A stretch of 64,000 nt of DNA from an uncultured Enterobacteriaceae bacterium (GTDB lineage: Bacteria > Desulfobacterota > Binatia > Bin18): positions 16,025 through 80,024 of the forward strand of contig CAZCWX010000076.1 of NCBI GenBank assembly GCA_964502465.1, read 5' to 3'. The notes under the pieces are model-generated. The model was given only the letters and a program-made list of their open reading frames with translations. It ran no database searches and was not told where the DNA came from. The position numbers were made by a program, and so were the translations under genes. Within the stretch, counting starts at the first letter, position 1. Each line of letters begins with the position of its first letter. Of the stretch, positions 19,537 to 27,781 are shown piece after piece.

Positions 19537-20518
19537 CTGACTGTTCCAGCATATAGGAGAGTTGCTCCACTTGAGGAAGGCCAAATTCCTCAGCAAAATA
19601 GAATGGTACGTATACGGTCGGCACCGATAGTGTCTTAAGGCGATGGAGATAGGGAGCCTGAACTTCTTTCAAGGTCGTTTCTGTTTGCGCATGTCTGAGG
19701 ACGTGCTTGGCAAGCTGGCGATCCCGCGATCGAACAGACGCACCTATACGAATCCGCGCTAAGGCAGTGGAGGAAAGAGGGGTATGACGAACACGGTTGA
19801 CGAATAACCGCCCGACAGGCAGGCCTAGATCAGTCCTGAGCTGGTGATACGCTTCGAGAGTTTCGCTCACTGCAAGTTCTTCTGGGACAGTCACCAGATT
19901 CATTACCGTCTTGCTGGGGTCGCTAAAGAGCGCCATAATGCGTTCAGCCTCACGGTGGACCATGCCGCTCCCAAAAGTATCGCGGGCTGCCCGAGGCATG
20001 CGCAGATATTGAAGACTGTGGCCAGTTGCTGGCATATCAACAATAAGGAGGTCCCAACGTGGCTGTAGGGTATCTTTCTCGTGTTTGCGCTCCTCGTACC
20101 AGATTTTTCCCATCGACAGTAATTCCCTGAGTCCTGGCGCTGCCGCCACAAAATACTGGTAGAGTCGGCTCTCAAGAATCATACGCAATAAGCGTTTGAC
20201 TGGAAAAATAAGGCGCAGGTATTCTTCTAGGGCTGTTTGTCCGCTGACTGACAAAACAAAAAGTGTAGGAAAGACTGACTGCGGGTCGTCAGAGGGCTCA
20301 CGGCGGACAGGCACGCCTAGCAACCGGGCGGCGCGCGTATTGCCCTCAAGTTCGATCAGGAGCGTTTTTTTTCCTTGTCGCGAGGCTGCTAAAGCAAGGG
20401 CAGTGGCAAGGATGGTCTTTCCTACTCCACCTTTGCCAACGAGGAAGAGCACACGTTTGGTGAACAATGTGTGAAGAGAAGAAATTGAGCAGCGACGATG
20501 GGGCTGCACCTCTACCAC
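19514..20518 (-). CDS. ArsA/Get3-like P-loop ATPase, paralogue 1
   Basis: P-loop GKGGVGKT and an ArsA-like VDMPATGHSLQYLRMP motif. Candidate GTG 20518 overlaps the fabH stop (GTGGTAG). The ORF track extends to 20557. Confidence 0.85.
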   Translation of the reverse strand: MVEVQPHRRCSISSLHTLFTKRVLFLVGKGGVGKTILATALALAASRQGKKTLLIELEGNTRAARLLGVPVRREPSDDPQSVFPTLFVLSVSGQTALEEYLRLIFPVKRLLRMILESRLYQYFVAAAPGLRELLSMGKIWYEERKHEKDTLQPRWDLLIVDMPATGHSLQYLRMPRAARDTFGSGMVHREAERIMALFSDPSKTVMNLVTVPEELAVSETLEAYHQLRTDLGLPVGRLFVNRVRHTPLSSTALARIRIGASVRSRDRQLAKHVLRHAQTETTLKEVQAPYLHRLKTLSVPTVYVPFYFAEEFGLPQVEQLSYMLEQSDEQTYPA

Positions 20519-21486
20519 CGCACTACCGCAGCTCCCCAGGTCAGACCACCCCCACAAGCGTTTAACACAATAATGTCGTTTTCATGAATCTTGCCGTCAC
20601 GCACGGCTTCATCCAAGGCGATAGGGATAGAAGCTGCTGAGGTATTCCCAAACTGCTGTACGTTGCAATACACCTTCTCCATGCCCAGGTGTAACCGATC
20701 AGCCACCGCTTGGATGATACGAAGATTTGCTTGATGAGGAATCATAAGGTGAACATCAGCAGGGGAAAGTCCGACCCGCTCTAAGGCTCTGCATGCAACA
20801 TCGGAGAGGGCACGGACTGCCACTTTGAACAATTCCGGACCTTTCATTTGGATACCCCATTCTTTTGGATGGAATCCTTCTTGGTCCACAGCTTGACGTT
20901 GCCCTGTGCGGACGTACAACAATTGCCACAGTGCGCCGTTCGATTCGACTACCGTGCTCAGGAGGCCTCTTTCACCGGGTTGGTTGTCCAGCACGACCGC
21001 GCCAGCACCGTCGCCAAAGAGTACACACGTCGTACGATCTTGCCAGTTGACCATCGTGCTCAGTGCATCGGCGCCGACCAAGAGCAGGCGTCCATACTCG
21101 CCACTTTTCATGTAGCTGTGCACAATGGACATGCCATAAACGAACCCCGCGCAGGCCGCATTCACATCAAATGCTGGGATATTCTCTACCCCCAGACGAG
21201 CTTGCAGCAAACAGGCTGTCGAAGGGAAAGCGTAGTCCCCAGATACAGTAGCGACGACAATGGCTTGTAAATCCTGCGCACTCAAGCCAGCTGTATCTAA
21301 GGCTTGTTGACTCGCGACGTGCATCAGGTCCAAGATATCTTCCCCATGCTTCATCACCCGCCGTTCGTGGATTCCAGTCCGGGCGACAATCCAGTCGTGG
21401 TTGGTATTTACCAACTTTTCCAGCTCCGCGTTGGTCAGACGAGTTGCAGGAATGGCGGAGCCAGTGCCGATAATACGTGCGCCCAT
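20512..21486 (-). CDS. fabH: 3-oxoacyl-ACP synthase III
   Basis: Active-site Cys context DVNAACAGFVYG, plus IPHQANLRI and NACGGGLTWGA. ATG 21486 follows GAAAGGG. Confidence 0.95.
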   Translation of the reverse strand: MGARIIGTGSAIPATRLTNAELEKLVNTNHDWIVARTGIHERRVMKHGEDILDLMHVASQQALDTAGLSAQDLQAIVVATVSGDYAFPSTACLLQARLGVENIPAFDVNAACAGFVYGMSIVHSYMKSGEYGRLLLVGADALSTMVNWQDRTTCVLFGDGAGAVVLDNQPGERGLLSTVVESNGALWQLLYVRTGQRQAVDQEGFHPKEWGIQMKGPELFKVAVRALSDVACRALERVGLSPADVHLMIPHQANLRIIQAVADRLHLGMEKVYCNVQQFGNTSAASIPIALDEAVRDGKIHENDIIVLNACGGGLTWGAAVVRW

Positions 21487-21528
21487 GCACAAACCCTTTC
21501 TCTGTGTTGAAGTGGACTGCTGCGGGCT

Positions 21529-22779
21529 CTATTCGACCCACTTGCGAAACACTAAGCAGGCGTTAGTGCCGCCGAAACCAAACGAGTTGGATAAGGCAAC
21601 ACGAATAGAAGCTCGGCGAGCGACGTTCGGTACATAGTCCAGGTCACAGGCTGGATCTGGCTCTTCATAGTTGATCGTTGGGGGAAGACACTCATGATAG
21701 AGGGCAAGGGCTGAGTAGACTGCTTCTACCCCCCCAGCGGCGCCAAGCAGGTGACCGGTCATGGATTTGGTTGAGCTCACGGCTAAGCGTCCAGCATGCT
21801 CTCCAAACACGCATTTGATCGCGTGAGTTTCGGTCGCATCATTGTAAGGAGTCGAGGTGCCATGGGCATTAATGTAATCCACCTCAGTCGGATGAACGCC
21901 GCCACTCCGGAGAGCCATCCGCATACACCGCACGGCGCCTTCTCCATCTGGGGAGGGCGCGGTAATGTGGTATGCATCGCCGTTGGCACCATACCCGATC
22001 ACCTCAGCATAAATCCTGGCTCCACGGCTCTTGGCATGCTGCAATTCTTCAAGCACAATGATCCCCGCACCTTCAGCCATGACGAACCCATCACGGTTCC
22101 GGTCAAACGGACGGCTGGCTTTTTCGGGCTCCTCATTATGCGATGATACTGCCTTCATAGCAATGAACCCCCCCAACCCCAATGGAGTCAACGCGGCCTC
22201 CGCACCGCCTGCGATCATAGCGTCCTGCTCGCCGAGCCGGACAAGGCGAAATGCCTCTCCAATAGCATGTGCCCCTGAGGAGCATGCACTCGTCGGCGTG
22301 TAATTAATCCCTTTTGCTCCGTAGTGGATGGCGATCTGCCCAGGCGCAAGGTTGGCAATGAGCTTCGGAATAAAAAATGGCGAAACTTTTTTCAGTCGGG
22401 TCTCTAGAAACAATTTGTGATATTCTTCAATGCTTGACAGGCCGCCAATCCCCACACCCACGATGACTCCGACCATATCCTCATTGTCTGGCGTAATCGG
22501 GAGGCGTGCTTCATCCATCGCCATCCGTGCAGCAGCTACGGCATATTGGATGAAGGGATCCATCTTCTTGATCTCTTTTTTCTCAATAAAGTCCTCTGGA
22601 TGAAAGTCTTTCACCTCGCCAGCAATACGGGTGGGGAAATCGGATACATCAAAGCGGGAGATGGGGCTAATGCCGGAACGGCCCTCTAGCAGGGCATGCC
22701 AGTTTGTCTCCACCCCAATACCAAGAGGGGTCACCAGCCCCATGCCGGTGATCACGACACGGCGGCGCTCGTCTTTCAT
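21529..22779 (-). CDS. fabF: 3-oxoacyl-ACP synthase II
   Basis: RVVITGMGLVTPLG, PTSACSSGAHAIG, INAHGTSTP and SNSFGFGGTNA motifs. Confidence 0.96.
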   Translation of the reverse strand: MKDERRRVVITGMGLVTPLGIGVETNWHALLEGRSGISPISRFDVSDFPTRIAGEVKDFHPEDFIEKKEIKKMDPFIQYAVAAARMAMDEARLPITPDNEDMVGVIVGVGIGGLSSIEEYHKLFLETRLKKVSPFFIPKLIANLAPGQIAIHYGAKGINYTPTSACSSGAHAIGEAFRLVRLGEQDAMIAGGAEAALTPLGLGGFIAMKAVSSHNEEPEKASRPFDRNRDGFVMAEGAGIIVLEELQHAKSRGARIYAEVIGYGANGDAYHITAPSPDGEGAVRCMRMALRSGGVHPTEVDYINAHGTSTPYNDATETHAIKCVFGEHAGRLAVSSTKSMTGHLLGAAGGVEAVYSALALYHECLPPTINYEEPDPACDLDYVPNVARRASIRVALSNSFGFGGTNACLVFRKWVE

Positions 22780-23018
22780 ATTCCTCCTGTCCTTGTCTGC
22801 CTGTCGCTCAAGGAATTTGTGTATCTTAATGACTCTATTTCTTAACTGTCAACCACCGTTTTTACGTGGGTAGGACCGCTCTCTTCCTGTATCCAACCCA
22901 CCACAATCCGAGATACGCGAGCGCTCTTACCGTGCCTAGCGCAAAGAAAGACGGCAATCCTGCTATACTTGTTTCTCATTGAGGGGCACGTTGACCGCCT
23001 CTGGAAAATGCTCTAGCG

Positions 23019-23921
23019 TTGCGGAGCATGTCAGGACGAACCTTGCTTCCCTTGTGCAGCGTTGCCCTCCTCCTTCTTGGAGGGTGCTCCTCAACCGTAC
23101 AACGTCTCTCGGCGAAGGAATACTACACCCAGGCGGACGAAGCGTTTACCAAAGAGGACTTTACCACTGCTGCGGACCAGTACCGTGAGTTACTGGATCA
23201 ATATCCTCTGAATCCATACGCTGAAGAGGCTCAACTAAAAATTGCCTATTCGTACTATCTTGATAAAAAGTACACAGAAGCCATTGCGGCATTCGGTGAC
23301 TTCGAACGAGCTTTCCCAACCAGCCAACACCTGCCTTTTGTCGAGTATTACCGCGGCATGTGTTACCTGGAACAGATGCGCTCAATCGATCGTGACCAGA
23401 GTGTCACAGAAAAAGCTCATGATTTTTTCAAAGCGGTAGTCGAACGTTTCCCTGAAAGCTCTTTTGCCCCTCTGGCTGAAGAGAAAATCGCAGTGTGTCG
23501 GGAAGCAATGGCAGAAAACGAGCTGTACGTGGCGCAATTCAGTGAAAGAATTGGCAACCTGTTAGCTGCCAAAGCGCGGTTGCGCACCATCGTTGAGAAA
23601 TACCCTGAAACCAAAGTGACGGCTGACGCCTTGGCTCGTCTGGAAATTATTCTCACTTGGGAAGGCAGCACCGAGCTGGCAGGGTTAGCGGCGAAGGCAT
23701 TGGCAGTGCGGCGGTCGACCCAGCCAGCAATAGAACACACTACCGTGGCTTCACTCGATACCCAGGAGCTTCCTGCGCCAGGTGTTGACCCACTGCTGTT
23801 ATTAGTGACTGAACTCAAAAAGCAAGAAGAACGAGAAAGAGCGCAAATTCCGGGGACTATTAGGACTGGATCCACAGGTAAGGAATTTGGAGAAGAAGAT
23901 GGCGAGGGATATGAAGAGTGA
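23019..23921 (+). CDS. bamD: outer-membrane assembly lipoprotein BamD (TPR)
   Basis: Lipobox LLLGGC after a signal peptide. TPR-like repeats (YYTQADEAF..., AQLKIAYSYYLDKKYTEAIAAF..., YYRGMCYLEQ). Start is TTG 23019 or ATG 23028. Confidence 0.88.
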   Translation: MRSMSGRTLLPLCSVALLLLGGCSSTVQRLSAKEYYTQADEAFTKEDFTTAADQYRELLDQYPLNPYAEEAQLKIAYSYYLDKKYTEAIAAFGDFERAFPTSQHLPFVEYYRGMCYLEQMRSIDRDQSVTEKAHDFFKAVVERFPESSFAPLAEEKIAVCREAMAENELYVAQFSERIGNLLAAKARLRTIVEKYPETKVTADALARLEIILTWEGSTELAGLAAKALAVRRSTQPAIEHTTVASLDTQELPAPGVDPLLLLVTELKKQEERERAQIPGTIRTGSTGKEFGEEDGEGYEE

Positions 23922-23922
23922 G

Positions 23923-23951
23923 TTGACACTCCAGGAAATTTTCGCTAGCCT
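23923..23951 (+). promoter_or_regulatory. candidate sigma70-type promoter for the sulfur-carrier cluster
   Basis: TTGACA (23923-23928), a 17-nt spacer, then TAGCCT (23946-23951), directly after the bamD stop. Pattern match only. Confidence 0.25.
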
Positions 23952-24045
23952 TGCAAGGACTTAGGCCTGATAGCATCAAAGAAAACGACGCTCTCCTTAG
24001 CCTCTTTCTCATCAGGAAGGGGCTTTTCATTTTCATGATAGGACC

Positions 24046-24798
24046 ATGAATACTGTTAAGGCAGAAACTAATTCTCGCTTGCAAAGTGGGAAAGTCCTCG
24101 TAGTCGGTGTAGGGGGATTGGGCTCTCCCGCGGCTTTGGCACTTGCCGTTGCGGAGGTTGGAGTAATTGGCTTAGTCGATCCCGATACGGTTGAATTATC
24201 TAATCTTCAGCGCCAGATTCTTTATGCCACATCGGACTTAGGAAAATCAAAGGTTGCGTCGGCACGCGAGAAGCTCCTGCGGATTAATCCGCAGGTTGTT
24301 GTGCAGGCTCATCACGAGCGGCTACATCCAGGCAATCTTCTACAGCTTTTTCTGCCATACGACTTCATTATTGATGGGACAGATAGTGTGGCGACCAAGT
24401 TTCTTATTAATGACGGTGCAGTATTGATGGGAAAACCCTTTTCCTATGGAGGTATCGTACAATTTCATGGCCAGACTCTGACTGTGTTGCCAGGACAGAG
24501 TGCCTGTCTTCGCTGCCTTTTTCCTGTTCCTCCAGACCCAGACGAGATCCCAACCTGCCAGGAAAGCGGAATTCTTGGGAGTCTTGCTGGCACCCTAGGG
24601 TTCATGCAAGCAAATGAGGCAGTGAAGTACCTGAAAGGGCAAAATGATCTGCTCACTAACCGCTTGCTGACTTATGAAGCGCAGGCGCTACGCTGGCGAA
24701 TGGTGACTGTCCAACGGAACCCGCGCTGCCCTGTGTGTAGTCCGGTCCCCACTATTACGAGGCTACATCTCGAAGATCCGCAACAATCTGGAAATTAA
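24046..24798 (+). CDS. ThiF/MoeB-family E1-like adenylyltransferase (catalytic motifs intact, N-terminal helix missing)
   Basis: VLVVGVGGLGSPAAL G-loop, DPDTVELSNLQRQ, GTDSVATKFLIND, and Cys pairs CLRC and CPVC. An in-frame TAG at 23998-24000 forbids a longer N-terminus. Confidence 0.9.
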   Translation: MNTVKAETNSRLQSGKVLVVGVGGLGSPAALALAVAEVGVIGLVDPDTVELSNLQRQILYATSDLGKSKVASAREKLLRINPQVVVQAHHERLHPGNLLQLFLPYDFIIDGTDSVATKFLINDGAVLMGKPFSYGGIVQFHGQTLTVLPGQSACLRCLFPVPPDPDEIPTCQESGILGSLAGTLGFMQANEAVKYLKGQNDLLTNRLLTYEAQALRWRMVTVQRNPRCPVCSPVPTITRLHLEDPQQSGN

Positions 24799-24849
24799 TT
24801 GTGCAGCTAGAGGACAGATCTCTAGCTGCTGCATAGCAGAGGAGCCGGT

Positions 24850-26124
24850 ATGAGCAATATTAGTGGATTGACCTGCCGTGAATGTGGGCAGGAGTATCCC
24901 GTGGCCCCGTTACATGTATGTGAGACCTGTTTTGGTCCGCTCGAAGTGGTATACGACTATGACAGTATTCGCCATCGATTGACCCGAGATCTCATTCAAT
25001 CTCGCTCACCTTCAATCTGGCGCTACCGTGAACTGCTGCCAATCAGTGAAGAGCCGAAGATCGGCTTGTATAGCGGTTTTACCCCGTTAGTGAAGGCTGA
25101 TCGGCTTGCCGCACATCTCGGGGTCAAAGATCTGTATGTGAAAGACGACTCGGTGAACCATCCCACCTTCTCGTACAAGGATCGGGTCGTTGCGGTGGCA
25201 ATCTCTAAGGCTGTGGAATTTGGCTTTGACACTGTTTCCTGTGCCTCGACAGGAAACCTGGCAAATTCTGTCTCGGCACACGCTGCACGAGCAGGTCTCC
25301 GTTGTTTTATTTTTATTCCTGCGGACCTCGAGCAGGGGAAAATCATTGGCTCGACGATCTATGGCCCTCGTGCGGTGAGTATTCGTGGCAATTATGATGA
25401 TGTGAATCGCCTTTGCAGTGAGATAGCAGATAAATATGGCTGGGCCTTTGTCAACATCAACGTTCGTCCCTATTACACTGAAGGGGCAAAAACCTATGGG
25501 TTCGAAATTGCTGAACAACTCGGCTGGCAGCTCCCTCAGCACGTCGTCGTCCCTACTGCCGGAGGAACGATACTTCCTAAGATAGCGAAAGCATTTGAAG
25601 AGCTTAAAAAAGTCGGTCTTGTAGACAGTGGGCAGTCCCCAAAGATCTACAGTGCTCAAGCCGCTGGCTGTGCACCTGTGATTCAGGCGCTCCATAAAGG
25701 GACAGACCTGATTGCCCCAGTCAAGCCCAATACCATTGCCAAGTCGATCGCTATTGGCAACCCAGCCGATGGCTACTATGTCCTACGTGCGGTGCGCGAT
25801 TCGGGCGGTTGGGGTGAGGCAGTGACTGACGAGGAAATCATTGCAGGAATTCAGTTGCTCGCCCGGACTGAAGGAATTTTTACTGAACCAGCTGGTGGGA
25901 CAACTGTGGCGGTTACCAAGAAACTCATCGAACAAGGCCGCATTCCGCGAACTGAGTCGATTGTCATCTGTATTACGGGAAATGGTTATAAGACGCTCGA
26001 GGCTGTCGTCAATAACGTTGATTGCCCTCGTCTCATTAATGCCCGCTTGCAGGAGTTCGATGAACTGTATCGCTCTTTCTCTCCGCCTACTTCCTCACTG
26101 GCGACGCAGGATCACCTACACTAA
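24850..26124 (+). CDS. thrC: threonine synthase homologue with N-terminal Zn-ribbon
   Basis: PLP-Lys motif FSYKDR, STGN, and N-terminal CRECG...CETCFG. 424 aa. Confidence 0.9.
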   Translation: MSNISGLTCRECGQEYPVAPLHVCETCFGPLEVVYDYDSIRHRLTRDLIQSRSPSIWRYRELLPISEEPKIGLYSGFTPLVKADRLAAHLGVKDLYVKDDSVNHPTFSYKDRVVAVAISKAVEFGFDTVSCASTGNLANSVSAHAARAGLRCFIFIPADLEQGKIIGSTIYGPRAVSIRGNYDDVNRLCSEIADKYGWAFVNINVRPYYTEGAKTYGFEIAEQLGWQLPQHVVVPTAGGTILPKIAKAFEELKKVGLVDSGQSPKIYSAQAAGCAPVIQALHKGTDLIAPVKPNTIAKSIAIGNPADGYYVLRAVRDSGGWGEAVTDEEIIAGIQLLARTEGIFTEPAGGTTVAVTKKLIEQGRIPRTESIVICITGNGYKTLEAVVNNVDCPRLINARLQEFDELYRSFSPPTSSLATQDHLH

Positions 26125-26255
26125 CGGAGAAAAGGGCTTTCTCAGTCGATTATGTCCAAGAAAGACGAGGCAACGAAGAGCCCCCATAAGGGTGGTTGCC
26201 AGAGTAGAGGAAAATCGCCACAGTAAAAACGATTTCCCGTAAGGAGGTGCTAGGC

Positions 26256-26531
26256 ATGAGTGTTCAGGTGCGGGTGCCGACCCCGCTGCGTCGCTTCACC
26301 GGCGGTGCTGAAGAAGTGACTGTCAACGGAACGACTGTGGCCGCTTTAGTAGATGATTTAGAGAGCAATCATCCTGGTATGAAAGAACGTATCTGCGATG
26401 AGGAAGGGAAAGTTCGTCGTTTTGTCAATATCTTCGTCAATGGTGATGATATCCGCTTTCTCAATAATCTTGACACTCCGGTGAAAGATGGGGACGAGGT
26501 GTCGATTGTTCCTGCTATCGCTGGGGGATAA
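26256..26531 (+). CDS. cysO: CysO-type ubiquitin-fold sulfur carrier protein (MoaD/ThiS superfamily), C-terminal GG
   Basis: 91 aa ending VSIVPAIAGG*. By eye collinear with M. tuberculosis CysO as I remember it (..VPT.LR..TGG.., RFVNI.VNG.D.RF). ATG 26256 lies 8 nt after AAGGAGG. Confidence 0.9.
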   Translation: MSVQVRVPTPLRRFTGGAEEVTVNGTTVAALVDDLESNHPGMKERICDEEGKVRRFVNIFVNGDDIRFLNNLDTPVKDGDEVSIVPAIAGG

Positions 26532-26534
26532 GGG

Positions 26535-27521
26535 ATGTCCCTTTTACCGATACGGGGTGAAGGATTTCCGCCGCCGGAGTCGCAGCGAGTCCCTTCTGTC
26601 TTGCATTTGGTAGGGAATACCCCTCTTCTAAGAATCTCTAAAATAGCCACAGGCCTCTCCCCCCGAGTCCAGGTTTTTACCAAGCTTGAAGGCTTCAATC
26701 CTGGGGGATCTGTAAAAGACCGGCCAGCTCTACAGATGGTAGCAGAAGGACTACATACTGGTTCGCTTGCTCCGGGGAAGACCATTCTCGAATCCACTTC
26801 AGGCAATACCGGAATAGCCTTAGCAATGATTGGTGCTGTGCTCGGCTACCCGGTCGAGCTGGTCATGCCGGCAAATGTCAGCGTGGAACGCAAAAAGATT
26901 ATCGCGGCATATGGGGCGCGCATGATCTTTAGTAATCCCTTGGAAGGGTCAGACGGGGCAATTCGGCTGTGCCGCCAACTTCTTCATGAAACGCCTGATC
27001 GATACTTCAAGCCAGATCAATATTTTAATGAGGCAAACCCACTCGCTCACTACGAAACCACAGGACCAGAGATCTGGTATCAGACCGAGGGGCAAGTGAC
27101 CCACTTCGTTGCAGGCATTGGCACAGGTGGGACGATCATGGGGGCCGGTCGCTACCTTAAGGAGAGGAGCCAACAAGTTCAGGTCATTGCGGTCGAGCCT
27201 GATGATGCCTTTCATGGCCTAGAAGGACTGAAACACATGGCTAGCTCTATTGTCCCTGGGATCTACCATGAAGAAAAACTTGACCGTAAAATTCCAGTTT
27301 CTACGGAAAACGCCTATGATACGGTCTACCGGCTAGGGCGAGAAGAGGGGATACTGGTGGGCCAGTCCTCAGGAGCAGCACTTTGGGCTGCGCTCAAAGT
27401 GGCGCGTGAACTTGAGGAGGGTGTAGTGGTAACCCTATTCCCTGACTTCGGTGATAAATACCTGAGCACCACCCTGTGGGTCGGCTGGAAGGAGTTGAAT
27501 AAAAAAGCCCAAACCGTATAA
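26535..27521 (+). CDS. cysM: CysM-type cysteine synthase (O-phosphoserine/thiocarboxylate-dependent class likely)
   Basis: KLEGFNPGGSVKDR (PLP Lys), TSGNTG and GIGTGGT motifs. Starts 3 nt after the cysO stop. Confidence 0.93.
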   Translation: MSLLPIRGEGFPPPESQRVPSVLHLVGNTPLLRISKIATGLSPRVQVFTKLEGFNPGGSVKDRPALQMVAEGLHTGSLAPGKTILESTSGNTGIALAMIGAVLGYPVELVMPANVSVERKKIIAAYGARMIFSNPLEGSDGAIRLCRQLLHETPDRYFKPDQYFNEANPLAHYETTGPEIWYQTEGQVTHFVAGIGTGGTIMGAGRYLKERSQQVQVIAVEPDDAFHGLEGLKHMASSIVPGIYHEEKLDRKIPVSTENAYDTVYRLGREEGILVGQSSGAALWAALKVARELEEGVVVTLFPDFGDKYLSTTLWVGWKELNKKAQTV

Positions 27522-27535
27522 CGCAGAGGGGAGTC

Positions 27536-27772
27536 ATGAAAGAGAAATTTTATTTGACCTACCCTCCCGCCCTGGTCAAGGAACCTATCATTTACCTTGT
27601 CGGGAAAAAATTTAATGTGATTACGAACATTCGTGGAGCCAACATTTCGAACGATCTCGGCCTCGTTGCGTTGGAAATAGAAGGGCCGCAACTGGAGATT
27701 GACAACGCAGTGTCTTGGCTGCGATCCCAAGGGATCACGGTTGAGCCTATTGAGAAAAATGTCATCGAATGA
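27536..27772 (+). CDS. stand-alone NIL-domain protein
   Basis: 78 aa. FYLTYPPALVKEPIIYLVGKKFNVITNIRGANI....GLVALEIEG resembles the C-terminal NIL domain of MetN-type ABC ATPases. Confidence 0.8.
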   Translation: MKEKFYLTYPPALVKEPIIYLVGKKFNVITNIRGANISNDLGLVALEIEGPQLEIDNAVSWLRSQGITVEPIEKNVIE

Positions 27773-27781
27773 CTGATACTG

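Noticed and set aside
23417-23929. A 170-aa minus-strand ORF antisense to bamD.
   Set aside because: It is a Ser/Ala-rich shadow of a motif-supported lipoprotein gene.
25087-25695. A 202-aa minus-strand ORF antisense to the ThrC homologue.
   Set aside because: It has no motifs, while the sense-strand gene has clear PLP-enzyme motifs.
26125-26255. The 131-nt ThrC-CysO spacer was examined as a possible SAM, sulfur or other riboswitch. It contains a GGCAAC...GTTGCC stem and a GAAAATCG/CGATTTC stem next to the SD.
   Set aside because: I could identify no conserved riboswitch core by eye. The stems are short. An Infernal/Rfam scan would be needed before any claim.
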